Source: Candidatus Velthaea sp. (GTDB lineage Bacteria > Vulcanimicrobiota > Vulcanimicrobiia > Vulcanimicrobiales > Vulcanimicrobiaceae). Taken from it: a stretch of DNA of 64,000 bases. Positions 1 through 9,769 of this stretch are shown piece by piece. The notes beneath the pieces were generated by a model, which was not told where the DNA came from, searched no databases, and saw only the letters and a list, made by a program, of their open reading frames with translations. Positions within the stretch are counted from its first letter, which is position 1. Every line of letters begins with the position of its first letter. A program made the translations under genes and the position numbers. The stretch is taken from the NCBI GenBank assembly GCA_965214935.1, contig CBDCCS010000010.1, forward strand, positions 64,001 through 128,000. The letters run 5' to 3'.

Positions 1-780
1 CGACGCTACCTCGAGCCCTAAGCCTTCGATGATCTGACGCGCGCGCAATACTTGTTCAGCGTTACTTTTCGCCAACTGTCCGGGGCCAATCCACAGATTA
101 TCCTCGAGTCCCACACGCACGTTGCCGCCGATCGCTGCCGCAATCGCCGCAATGTTGAACTGATTGCGTCCGGCACCTAACACCGACCAGCGGTAATTGT
201 CGCCGAAGAGCCGGTCGGCCGTACGCTTCATATGCATGACGTCGTCGGGATGGTTGCCGATGCCGCCTTGCAAACCAAAGACCGTTTGAATGAAGAGCGG
301 CGTCTTGAGCAGTCCGCGGTCGAAAAAGTACTTGAGATTATACAAGTGCGCGGTATCGTAGCACTCGAACTCAAAGCGGGTCCCGTTACCCGAACACGTG
401 TCGAGAATGTACTCGATTTGCCCGTAAGTGTTTTGAAAGATGATATTCTTGTTTGCGAGATACGTGCGTTCCCACTCGTGTTTGAGTTCGGTAAATCGGT
501 CGAGCATGCCGAAAAGCCCGAAGTTCATCGAGCCAAGGTTGAGCGATGCAATCTCGGGCTTGAACGTCGCCGCAGGCCGCACGCGTTCCTCGATCGACAT
601 CGTCGGTGCACCGCCGGTCGTGATGTTCACCACGACGTTCGCTCGGCGCTTGATGTCAGGTAAGAATTTTGCAAACGCTTCCGGCGTTTGATCGGGCGCG
701 CCCGTGGCCGGATCGCGCGCGTGCAAGTGCACGATTGCCGCACCGGCTTCAGCCGCGCCGACGGCGGCGTCGGCAATCTG
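1..780 (-). pseudogene. BKACE / 3-keto-5-aminohexanoate cleavage enzyme (DUF849), 5'-truncated, runs off the window end
   Basis: Manual minus-strand translation gives QIADAAVGAAEAGAAIVHLHARDP...NITTGG...GGNVRVGLEDNLW. The usual ~30 N-terminal residues (IITCAVTG...) are absent and replaced by caspase-gene sequence. Confidence 0.85.
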
Positions 781-1298
781 TCGCGCGGATGCTCGTAGGC
801 GGATTGATTTGATCGCGCGGCGGCAAGCAGCACACGCCCGACGCCGGAAACCGACGTAAGGTCTAAAATCGCGCGAGTGCGGGGACCCCCTTGCACGACC
901 CGAGCCGGAGCTTCTCCGGAATGGCAGATGTCGAGGACGCACAGAATGAACTTAGCGCGGGATGCGCTGAAGGCATCGACCAGATTCTGCAGCGGCACCC
1001 TGCTCGCCGACCAACTGGAGAGGTCGGTGTCGTAGCCAACAATCCCATAGTCCTGTGTACCGTGCGTCGCGAACGTTAGTACGACGACGTCTTCCTCGTT
1101 CGCGGTCTCAAGCATGGCGATCGCTTCGCGCATCGCCGTCACCGTCGCAGTTTCATTCCGGTACAGACGAGCATCCATCCCCGTCAGGCCGTCCGCGAAG
1201 AGTGCCCATAGCGCTGAGGCGTCGCGCACGCACGCTGCGAGTTCTGTGATGCTGGGATCAGCGAAGCGATCTATGCCGAAGAAGCGTCCGTGAATCAC
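627..1298 (-). pseudogene. Caspase-like (peptidase C14) domain protein, truncated at ~781
   Basis: GIDRF...CVRDA, FATHG (His) and LDICHSG (Cys) motifs. After AYEHPR the ORF reads out of frame through BKACE sequence. Confidence 0.75.
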
Positions 1299-1762
1299 GT
1301 CGTTACAGCCTCGTCGATCGGGGCGACGTCGTCCGCATCATCTTCCGTCATGCCGGCGTTTTTGAAGACTTCTGCAACGACGCGTCCGGTGTCGGAAACC
1401 TTGAACGAGCAAACAACGCGCTGACCCGTGACCTGGCGCCATGCGAGATCCTCGACTAAGCCAGAAAGCTCGAGCCACGTGTAAGTCCGATGCTTGTCCA
1501 GCGACCATTCTCGGACGGTGAAATCGCAGAGCCGCACGGCATTGTTATCCCGCTGATCGATAGCGGCTCGGAGAACCTTAACGTGGTTTTGCCAATCGCT
1601 TTGGAATGACGCGGGCGCGAGCGTAAAATGAAAGAGCGCGTTGACGACGCGGCTCAACGGCAGGTTCAACAACGAAGCCGTGTCGTGGAGCGCGTCCGCC
1701 GCCGACTTCGGAATCCGTAGGTATGTTGAAACGGTGTCCTCCATCGCTTTTGCCACGACCAT
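1295..1762 (-). CDS. Hypothetical protein, possible N-terminal ribbon-helix-helix DNA-binding domain
   Basis: 155-aa ORF with a 4-nt overlap with the caspase gene. N-terminus VSTYLRIPKSAADALHDTASLLNLPLSRVVNAL has a strand-helix-helix pattern. Confidence 0.5.
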   Translation of the reverse strand: MVVAKAMEDTVSTYLRIPKSAADALHDTASLLNLPLSRVVNALFHFTLAPASFQSDWQNHVKVLRAAIDQRDNNAVRLCDFTVREWSLDKHRTYTWLELSGLVEDLAWRQVTGQRVVCSFKVSDTGRVVAEVFKNAGMTEDDADDVAPIDEAVTT

Positions 1763-1786
1763 CCCTTTTCGATCTTGGGCCTAACG

Positions 1787-1810
1787 CCCTCTGACAGGTC
1801 CGTCAGAGGG
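1787..1810. promoter_or_regulatory. Perfect inverted repeat, candidate operator
   Basis: CCCTCTGAC-aggtcc-GTCAGAGGG, about 25 nt upstream of the 155-aa gene. Confidence 0.5.
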
Positions 1811-1959
1811 TATCTACCGCACTCATGTTCAGAACGAGGAATCGGGTTCTTCGCGACGCCGGCCGGTGATTAACGAACGCTGCGGTTTGTATCGTTAATG
1901 TAAGTCCCCCGGGTCTACCGTAAATTTCGCTCCGCCGCGAACGCTGAGGCGTATCGCGG

Positions 1960-2461
1960 CGAGCCTGCCTGTCCCCGACATAACCATGAGCTCCCTGAAC
2001 ACCGCCTTTCTCGTTACCCCGGTCCGGCGCAGCAAAGTGGCCATGCCGAACATCTCGCAAAGCTCAGAGTACGAATCGGCAATGTCACGCTGACGGCCGC
2101 GATGAACGCCCGTTACCGCCGTCGTAGCATTATCGAAAACACATCCTCGCGGCGAACCGCCGAACGCGACGCATGCCGCTACGACACTGTCAAGCAGCGA
2201 CGGCCAATCTTCGCTTCAATAGATCTTCGCAAAGAGTGTGCCACTATAACTGAGCCGAGCCGTAAAGAGGTGCCGCTTGACGGGTAGTGATTCAATCGCA
2301 ACGTACACGTCTTTAAAGTCGATTTGCATTTGATCACCAGGCGCATGTAATTGACGCACGAACGCCTCGCGTGGAACCGACTGCGTACGGAGCCGAGCAA
2401 TAAAAACCCGCGCAGCCCGGTCTGAAATGAGTAGCGGTATGTCATTTCGCATCCGTAGCAC
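1960..2461 (-). mobile_element. istA: Degraded IS21-family transposase (IstA) remnant
   Basis: REAFV..HAPGDQMQIDF..LFTARLSYSG, internal stop, FGGSPRGCVFDNATTAV, frameshift, GNEKGGV: IstA DDE-core motifs. Boundaries are approximate. Confidence 0.75.
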
Positions 2462-2613
2462 GGCGACGATTCGCGACGTATTGCGCGGTCATCCCGAAAC
2501 GCCAACGCTACCGCCGGTCGCGTACATCAAATCAACCACAGTTCTCAGAAGCATGGTCACCGGTGATGTGAAATCCATTAACACGTTCCGGATCGCCTGG
2601 AAAAATTAAGCGA

Positions 2614-4107
2614 CTATTGGTTAATTGCACGTGCCCGCCACGCTTCAAAATCACCTCGTATTTGAGTGGTTAACACTTTCAAGTGCGCCGTCGCCTCCGT
2701 AATCGTCGGCGTTTTAAGCCTCCGCTGAAGCAATATCAAACCACCGATCGTTACTGTTAAAGTTACGGCGATAGACAATAAATAAGTAAGCGTGAAATGA
2801 AGCAAATTATAACCGGCTACGATCACAATTGCGATAAGCACGCTGACCACAAGTATAGCGATCTGCTGTGCTCTGTATAACCGATTCCAAACCGCTGAAA
2901 CAAAGACGAGCGGGCCCTGTAAAGCCGAAAAATTAACTAAGCCGACAACAACGCCTCCATTTGTTGAACCTTCAGGGAAAATGATAATGACTGCTACGGC
3001 CTCACCAGCGTCAACCGAGCCAATTAAGATGGGAATTTCGTAACGTGAAGGATAACGCTGCTGCGTTGACGCGTCTTCAAGCGAAAACGACGTTGCAACG
3101 ACTACTGGTTCATTGTTTCGATTCGTTGAGGGGACTTTACGCGGAACAGGCGAGCGAACTATACCTATGAGAATTTCTAAATAGAATCTCGGATCCCAAG
3201 ATTCTTCGCGAAATGCCGAACGATCTAGAGATTGAACATACTGTACAGGAAGAGGGTGTTCGCCGGCTAGGCGCATTGTTAAGTTGCGGATCGTCGTCTC
3301 GGGATACGACCGCATTGTGTGATCTGTGAGTAAACGAATAAGTTGTTCGCGATCGAGAACCCGGTTATTAGGTAAAATCGCAACAGTATTAACGTGCTGT
3401 AAGACTGCGTCAATTAATTTATCAGAATCCTTTGGTGGAACGCCAAACTTGTGGCCCCAGAACACCAACAGGCGTTTTATTTCGATTTGGATTTTACTGA
3501 GAGGAATGTGGCCCGTATCAAATTTGAGCGGTGCAATAACGTCGTTGAAAAACTCATCGACGGGCGCATGGCTTATGTAATTATTGAGATCGTTCGTAAA
3601 TTTAATTTTGCTCAGAAATGCGCGTATCCGCTCTGTTCCGGCGCGACGATCACTGAGAACATCGCATTCTCGAATGGAGTTCCAGAGAAGCAGGCCAGGT
3701 TGGTCGAACGATTCGCCGCGTTCCAATACCGGTAATGAAGTTGTTAACAAGCGAAACTGGATAGTATAATCGTTGTTTTTGCGAGAAACATTCCAATAAT
3801 TTTGGATTGCATCTTTTACCTGACGGCTACGCAGGCTAATGTTACCCGACTCTGCCTTGATTTGATATAAAACCGCTCTCGATCCGCTTACACGATCGAA
3901 ATCTTCAACGCTCTCAACGAACAAAACCTCATCAATCTCATTCTCGTCTGCTAGTTCGAGCCACGCAAGAGCTGTCAAGGCTATCTGATACGAATAGCCA
4001 CGTAAGGAGGAAACCGCTTGTCGAGCAGAGTCACCGTCAAGTGGACGAATGCGCGATCGTGAAGACGAAGCTGGCGCGGTTGGAGAATCATCGCCACCTG
4101 AGCTCAT
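2614..4107 (-). CDS. Cap4/DUF4297-like PD-(D/E)xK nuclease-domain protein with two C-terminal TM helices
   Basis: RQAVSSLRGYSYQ..AWL..ESVEDFD..YQIK nuclease-type N-terminus. Hydrophobic IAILVVSVLIAIVIVAGY and YLLSIAVTLTVTIGGLILL segments. Visibly AT-rich. Confidence 0.65.
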   Translation of the reverse strand: MSSGGDDSPTAPASSSRSRIRPLDGDSARQAVSSLRGYSYQIALTALAWLELADENEIDEVLFVESVEDFDRVSGSRAVLYQIKAESGNISLRSRQVKDAIQNYWNVSRKNNDYTIQFRLLTTSLPVLERGESFDQPGLLLWNSIRECDVLSDRRAGTERIRAFLSKIKFTNDLNNYISHAPVDEFFNDVIAPLKFDTGHIPLSKIQIEIKRLLVFWGHKFGVPPKDSDKLIDAVLQHVNTVAILPNNRVLDREQLIRLLTDHTMRSYPETTIRNLTMRLAGEHPLPVQYVQSLDRSAFREESWDPRFYLEILIGIVRSPVPRKVPSTNRNNEPVVVATSFSLEDASTQQRYPSRYEIPILIGSVDAGEAVAVIIIFPEGSTNGGVVVGLVNFSALQGPLVFVSAVWNRLYRAQQIAILVVSVLIAIVIVAGYNLLHFTLTYLLSIAVTLTVTIGGLILLQRRLKTPTITEATAHLKVLTTQIRGDFEAWRARAINQ

Positions 4108-4518
4108 TTATTACATACCTACGTAGGGGCGATCTTCGAAACCTACTTATTGCCCGCAAATTGCATTTTCCGGACACGGTAAGGCAAGCCTGTTTGCTGT
4201 CAGCGATGCCAAGCGCCATACGTCCTCGGCTAACTACGATCGCACCGTGACGATCTTCCACGAATGAGCTACTGAACGGTGACAGGCAGCGGCGAGCCAA
4301 CGCCCACTTTCCAATTCGATGAATGCAAGAAGGAAGTCGCTTGTCGGAGCGGAGCCGGCAGCTCGAACAGGATGGGACGATAGAACCGGCGCCCTTACAC
4401 TGTCGTACAATTATGCAACCGAGCGAAGTGGAAGGCGGGCTCGCGCGAAGGATGCTTGAGGCCGATCGCGACCGCATCTGAGATCGAAACGGGGTCATGC
4501 TCGGCTCTCAAATTGTCG

Positions 4519-5088
4519 TTAAAGAATGTCTCGATACAGATCAGCTAAGGTGAATTGTAAGTCAACGGTTGTCAGGCTCACGCATTGATCTGCGCTTATA
4601 AGGTCGTCACCGTCGGGTAGGAGCCTTCGTTCGTTGGTACGTCGGAATAGCCGTACCCACATGCTGCGCGAGTCGATCACAAGATATTCCATGATGGACT
4701 CAACTGCGTCGTAGACGATCGGCTTGCGATACATATCGTTTGTTACCGAGCTTGGTGAAATTACTTCGGCGACAAAGTTCGGCGAAGTTACGTAAATGCG
4801 GCCGCGTTCTCGCGGCTCGCACGTGACGAGGACGTCCGGTACGACTGACGATGGACGGTCCAGATGACGACGAACGGACACTCCACCCTGATGAACACGA
4901 CACGGCGCCGTTACTACTGGCAATAACCAACTTGTCAGGCGAACGGAAATTAGACTGTGCTCTTCGGTGCCTGTTGCGAAGCCATACAAGATACCGTCGT
5001 GCAGTTCATAGGTAAATTGCTCGTTGGCCGTCAGTGTCCAATCGTCAAACTCGGCAATGCTCATACGCTGGGTGCTCGGCGCGATCAT
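4519..5088 (-). CDS. Uma2 family endonuclease
   Basis: YELHDG..H..VPDVLV..AEVISPS..EYLVID. Confidence 0.9.
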   Translation of the reverse strand: MIAPSTQRMSIAEFDDWTLTANEQFTYELHDGILYGFATGTEEHSLISVRLTSWLLPVVTAPCRVHQGGVSVRRHLDRPSSVVPDVLVTCEPRERGRIYVTSPNFVAEVISPSSVTNDMYRKPIVYDAVESIMEYLVIDSRSMWVRLFRRTNERRLLPDGDDLISADQCVSLTTVDLQFTLADLYRDIL

Positions 5089-5139
5089 TGGCGATTCTTA
5101 TTCGACACGGCAGTAAGTCTTTTCAGCTTGCCGGCATAA

Positions 5140-5514
5140 TTAGTGGTCGTCGCGAATGTCGAAGCGGTTGACCTTGCCATCCTGCAGCTTGAACATGTGC
5201 CCAACCGTCTTATCCGTAAGCCCGTGGGTTTGGTTACCCAGCGGCTTGCCGTTCAAGTCGAAAACGGCTTGATTGACCTCAACGATGATTGACCCATCCG
5301 AAGTCGTATCGAAGCTTATGGGTTCGACGCGCGGACTGACGATAGCCCACTGCCGCGTCCAGTATTCACGGACACCTTCACGGCCGCGTACGTAGCCACC
5401 GTCCATGCCGTTTGCCCAAATGACATCATCGGTAAGTGCGCTCAGGACGCCGTCGATGTCGCGTGCATTGAAACAACTATACATACCTTGAATAATTGTA
5501 ATATCGTTAGACAT
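5140..5514 (-). CDS. SnoaL-like / NTF2 family protein
   Basis: FNARDIDGVL..DVIWANGMDGG..GREGVREYW. Confidence 0.85.
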   Translation of the reverse strand: MSNDITIIQGMYSCFNARDIDGVLSALTDDVIWANGMDGGYVRGREGVREYWTRQWAIVSPRVEPISFDTTSDGSIIVEVNQAVFDLNGKPLGNQTHGLTDKTVGHMFKLQDGKVNRFDIRDDH

Positions 5515-5591
5515 TGGCTTGTTCCTCAGATAAGGATAACGATTTGATAAGCGACGGGATTCGGCGCTTCGCTTCAGAAACGCCGATAGAT

Positions 5592-6080
5592 ATGCACATA
5601 TATAACATCGGCGTATGCAAATTGCAAGATCGCAATAGATACCTGGACGTGCTTGCTACGCCAGGACACCTTATTAGCCGTGCGGCACGGAGCTTCGCGC
5701 GCCTAAGCGAGGTTCGCCTCAAGCCGCTCGGTTTTGGCATCGGCCATCTACCGGTTTTGGTCGCCCTTCAAAGCGGCCGCGCCGACACGCAGCGTGATCT
5801 CGCGCGCTTCGCGCAGATGCAGCAGCCGCCAATGGCGCAGATGCTTACGCGCATGGAGCGGGACGGACTCATCCGACGCAAGCCCGATCCTGGCGATCGA
5901 CGCAGTAGTCGAATTGCCCTTACGAAGGTAGCGCTAGCGCGGCTTCCGGAGGCGGTGGCGACTCTGTTTCAGGGCAATCGCGACGCGGTTGAAGGCTTTT
6001 CCGACGAGGAACTTGAGCAACTTAACGATCTACTTAATCGCCTCATCGCAAATCTCGATCGGCTTACGGGGGCGCAATAA
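5592..6080 (+). CDS. MarR family regulator (copy 1)
   Basis: TQRDLA..MERDGLIRR..DPGDRRSSRIALT. Divergent from the SnoaL gene. Start uncertain. Confidence 0.9.
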   Translation: MHIYNIGVCKLQDRNRYLDVLATPGHLISRAARSFARLSEVRLKPLGFGIGHLPVLVALQSGRADTQRDLARFAQMQQPPMAQMLTRMERDGLIRRKPDPGDRRSSRIALTKVALARLPEAVATLFQGNRDAVEGFSDEELEQLNDLLNRLIANLDRLTGAQ

Positions 6081-6109
6081 GCCCCGCTCTATAAACAGCG
6101 AAGCGTCCG

Positions 6110-6508
6110 TTAGACCAGCAGCTCGAAAGTATCAAATCGAGAAGCTTTTCTGTCAAAAGTTAACGTGTACGCGCATCCGGCTCTGACGCCAAGCTCCCCA
6201 ATAAGCGCATCTGCGAACGACGCGTCGTCATTCTTCGCTCTTAACATCGCAGCGAAAACGGCTTGTTCGGACTCAACATGCAAGTGATCGACTCGAAGCA
6301 TGCCCTCAATCACTTCGGAGATCTCGTAATTTGTCGCATCGTATGCGCGCGCGAGGACCCACGCTGTCTCAACGATCGTGACAACACTGATAAATCCCCG
6401 CTTCTGCGATGTTAATCGATCGAACATCATCGTTGCAAGATCGAACTGAACCCGATCGTCTTGCACGATATACCGAACTATTACATTCGTATCAAGTCCG
6501 ATCATCAC
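6110..6508 (-). CDS. vapC: VapC PIN-domain toxin
   Basis: IGLDTNVIVR..VETAWVL..FADALI..TFDR. Confidence 0.9.
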   Translation of the reverse strand: MMIGLDTNVIVRYIVQDDRVQFDLATMMFDRLTSQKRGFISVVTIVETAWVLARAYDATNYEISEVIEGMLRVDHLHVESEQAVFAAMLRAKNDDASFADALIGELGVRAGCAYTLTFDRKASRFDTFELLV

Positions 6509-6759
6509 CGTTTTCGAGCTGGCGGTGCTTCGGCGCCGGAAATTGCAATCGCTTCATTCATTTGCTGTATCGAAACCGATCGCTTAGATTTGATTGCGCC
6601 TTTAAGGGCTGATGCTTTGATCTTTGGAAGAAGTACGACGCTACCATCAGGATGCAAGAAGAACTTAATTTTATCGCCCGGCTTCAGGCCAAGATGTGCT
6701 CGGATCACCTTCGGAATAGTGGCTTGCCCTTTTGTTGTAATCGCTGATTCCACAACCAT
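6505..6759 (-). CDS. vapB: AbrB/MazE-type antitoxin
   Basis: ITTKGQATIPKVIRAHLGLKPGDKIKF; overlaps vapC by 4 nt. Confidence 0.9.
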   Translation of the reverse strand: MVVESAITTKGQATIPKVIRAHLGLKPGDKIKFFLHPDGSVVLLPKIKASALKGAIKSKRSVSIQQMNEAIAISGAEAPPARKR

Positions 6760-6785
6760 GTATTACATTCACCAAAAAGTAATAC
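6760..6785. promoter_or_regulatory. Inverted repeat, probable vapBC operator
   Basis: GTATTAC-N12-GTAATAC directly adjoining the antitoxin ATG. Confidence 0.6.
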
Positions 6786-6873
6786 CTGCTGCGACAAGTG
6801 AAGCCCGGTTGCAAAGGCTACGTCGTATCATTGCCAGCGCAACTCTCAATATCACCGCTCTGAGCGAAGCTTG

Positions 6874-7509
6874 CTAGTCGGTAAGAGAATCTATTTCATG
6901 TTCGTCGGAACTAATTCGATCAGCGATCGATGGAATGGTCGTACCGGCGTAGATTTGTTCGAAGGTCAGCGACGATGCTAGTGATGGTAAAAAGACGGGT
7001 CCGCGCAGATACTCGCACGATACAAGCCGTCGGCTAGCGTTTTCCGAGTCGATCCAGCTGAAGCGATTCACGCATTTCTTTCTCGAGTCGATGATGAGAT
7101 AGTCTTGCAAGTCGGCTAATGCCAGATAGGCGCGCCGCTTATCAGTGAATTCCTCGCCAATATGCCGCGAAAGTATTTCAATAACGAGTGTGGGATAATG
7201 TGCCGCCGCTCCCGTCCGATCAGCCTGCCGACACGAAACAAAGATGTCGGCATAGAATGAACCAAGGTTTCGAGCGGTCGCATCGCGTGGAACGAGCTTC
7301 CGGCCCGAGCCTCGAACAAAGCATGGGCCGTCCGATCCGAGTGTCGTTTGAAGAAGAGTCGTAACGTTCGCCTGAATCGCGGCGTGTTCATCAGGGACAC
7401 CAGGCAACTGGACGACGGTACCGGCGATCCACTCGTATCGATCGGCTTGCCGCTCTTCCCAAACGAGGAAGTCGTGTAGCGAAATTTTTTCTGCCCGGGG
7501 TCCGCGCAT
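6874..7509 (-). CDS. Uma2 family endonuclease
   Basis: RYEWIAG..H..YADIFV..IEILS..DYLIIDS. Start chosen at MRGPR. Confidence 0.85.
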   Translation of the reverse strand: MRGPRAEKISLHDFLVWEERQADRYEWIAGTVVQLPGVPDEHAAIQANVTTLLQTTLGSDGPCFVRGSGRKLVPRDATARNLGSFYADIFVSCRQADRTGAAAHYPTLVIEILSRHIGEEFTDKRRAYLALADLQDYLIIDSRKKCVNRFSWIDSENASRRLVSCEYLRGPVFLPSLASSLTFEQIYAGTTIPSIADRISSDEHEIDSLTD

Positions 7510-8219
7510 ATCGACTCTCCAGGCGCCAAGTATAACACGCTGGTAAGTGCTACTCCCTCCGCTTCTTCTTCGCGATTTCGGCGGCCTCAAGCACCGCTTC
7601 TGCTGAACCGCTCCGGCCGTCGATCGAAAGCTATCGCTACCGGCTCGGCACTGCGCCGGCTTGACCTTTCGGGGGTTCGTTAGGTTGAGGCGACGACCAC
7701 GTTATGTGCTGCATTTCCGCGACGCTAAGGCGTTCTAGTCGCCGAATTTGCGCGAAAAATAGGTTAATAGGACGCCGCATGAAAGGCTCGGCCGACTTAG
7801 CTGCGCATCGTCGCCTGATCGCCGTGCTTCTAACGTCTATTGCAGACGAGATCAGATAGCTACCGAACCACCGTAATCGGCAGGCAGTCACGACGTGTGC
7901 CGTCGATGCAAAGCGTTAGCCACGCGACACGGTACGCTAATGCACGGATCTCGATGCGATCTCCGCCCATGCGTAACCGTTCGCGTAATCCGTCGCGTCC
8001 GGACGGCGTGTCGACATGACCGTTAGTTCCTGACTAGCCCAAGCGTTGATAGGCGGCGTTCGCCGCGCAAGCATGCTTTAAACCTTCGGCCTTGACCGGT
8101 AAGTCGCGGGCAACTCGATCTAGTGGCCAATGGCTCACGACTTTATTAAGCTTGCCTGTTAGGCTTTCTTAGCGAGCTGACTGCTTCTGCGTTTTGGTCA
8201 TCGGTCCGTTTGCGGAGCT

Positions 8220-8645
8220 TTGCCCAAACCGGCGATCCGGCAACTTATCGCGCCACTTAGTGACGAGGAGAACAACTTGCACCCGGTATCAGCCAAGGCA
8301 TTTGTCCGACTGACCGACGTTGCACCGATCACTCGAATAGCCGAACATGGCGGCTCCGGCTCGATTTCGTTCCGGCGCCTTCTGGCCGACGCTGCTTTTA
8401 CATCAGCAATCGACTTTGTCGACGTGAGCGTGATCGCGCCGGGTAGCACGATCGGCCGGCACGAGCATCACCAAACTGAAGAGTTGTATCTTATCGCAGC
8501 CGGCATGCCACTGGTCACCGTTAACGGCGAGTGTCGCCGTCTCAATGCTGGCGATGTGAGCGTCGTTCGTTCGGGTCAATGGCATGAACTCGTCAACGAT
8601 ACCGAGCAACCCGTACAAATTTTCGTCATCCAGGTACGGCATTGA
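8220..8645 (+). CDS. Cupin domain protein
   Basis: PGSTIGRHEHHQTEELY..G..GQWHELVN metal-binding cupin motifs. Confidence 0.85.
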   Translation: MPKPAIRQLIAPLSDEENNLHPVSAKAFVRLTDVAPITRIAEHGGSGSISFRRLLADAAFTSAIDFVDVSVIAPGSTIGRHEHHQTEELYLIAAGMPLVTVNGECRRLNAGDVSVVRSGQWHELVNDTEQPVQIFVIQVRH

Positions 8646-9763
8646 ACGGAACTTCGCGACAAACGATCTCGATGTCCGCTTCAAAAGTAGTAAACTACGA
8701 GATTGAACACACACATGGCCCGATCTTTGACATAACCAATGATGCGCTCGCGTTTGCCGTTGAAGATCGCGCCGTTTTACTCGTCGTCGATTCTTCGTTG
8801 TGGCCTTTCTATGGCGCGCAAATCGAGCGATACGCTCGTGAACGGTTGACGTGTCTCAACATCGTACGATTGGCCGGCGGTGAAGCGACGAAATCGCTCG
8901 AGGAAGTCGCAGACTTGTGCGCCACCGCAGTTGACGTCGGCTTGCCAAGGCATGGTATTTTCGTGGCGATCGGCGGCGGCACGATTCTCGATGCCGTTGG
9001 TTTTGCGGCCTCGATCTATCGCCGCGGAGTCGGTTACATTCGCGTTCCAACGACGCTCATTGGAATGATCGATGTTGGAGTCGGCATAAAGCAAGCAATT
9101 AATTTCCGCCACAAGAAAAACGTCTTAGGATCGTTCTACGCTCCACGGTGCACCATCAACGATGCTCGCTTTTTGTACAACTTACCGCGACGCGAATTAG
9201 CATGCGGCATGGCCGAAGCGATCAAAATTGGTTTCTTGTGCGATCGATCGCTGTTTGAACTGCTCGAGCTTCATTCCTCAGAGATCCTCACGAGCGGCTT
9301 TCGCACACCGCAGCCGGTGGCAACCGAGATTTTGATGCGAGCAGAAGTTGCGATGTTGGACCAATTAGCAACGAATCTCTATGAGTCAGACCTTCGACGG
9401 CTCGTTGACTTCGGGCATTCGTTCAGTCCGATCATTGAAACAACAACCAACTACGCTGTAGCGCATGGCGAAGCGGTCGCTCTCGACATGCTTCTTTCCA
9501 CGATCATCGCAGTTGAGCGGCAAATTTGCGATCGAAACGTGATCGCGCGACTGACGCGTCTGTATCATAAAATCGGTCTCCCAACGATGCATACGTCCAT
9601 GTCGCCATTGCTCATGGAGCGCGCCCTCATTGAAGCGCGTAAGCATCGCGGCGGTGCATTGAATCTCGTCGTCCCGACCGGTATCGGCTCCGCTGCCTTC
9701 TTGCAGGACGTTGCATACGATGAGCTCGTATCGGCGCTTGCGGTCATGTCGGCTTTGCATTAA
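8642..9763 (+). CDS. Sedoheptulose 7-phosphate cyclase, 2-epi-5-epi-valiolone synthase (EEVS)-type
   Basis: DHQS-superfamily motifs GGGTILD, RVPTTLIG and KKNVLG. MLDQLATNLYESDLRRLVDFGHSFSP matches EEVS rather than AroB or DDGS. Confidence 0.85.
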   Translation: MNGTSRQTISMSASKVVNYEIEHTHGPIFDITNDALAFAVEDRAVLLVVDSSLWPFYGAQIERYARERLTCLNIVRLAGGEATKSLEEVADLCATAVDVGLPRHGIFVAIGGGTILDAVGFAASIYRRGVGYIRVPTTLIGMIDVGVGIKQAINFRHKKNVLGSFYAPRCTINDARFLYNLPRRELACGMAEAIKIGFLCDRSLFELLELHSSEILTSGFRTPQPVATEILMRAEVAMLDQLATNLYESDLRRLVDFGHSFSPIIETTTNYAVAHGEAVALDMLLSTIIAVERQICDRNVIARLTRLYHKIGLPTMHTSMSPLLMERALIEARKHRGGALNLVVPTGIGSAAFLQDVAYDELVSALAVMSALH

Positions 9764-9769
9764 CCGATC

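Noticed and set aside
232..663. 143-aa plus-strand ORF
   Set aside because: It is the antisense shadow of the minus-strand BKACE frame, which the ORF track missed because it runs off the window.
7590..8220. Possible ncRNA or riboswitch upstream of the cyclitol operon
   Set aside because: No recognisable motif or repeat by eye; an Infernal search would be needed.
8642..9763. Housekeeping aroB, or a mycosporine/gadusol pathway
   Set aside because: The active-site segment is EEVS-like, and there is no aroK, O-methyltransferase, ATP-grasp or MT-Ox gene nearby.
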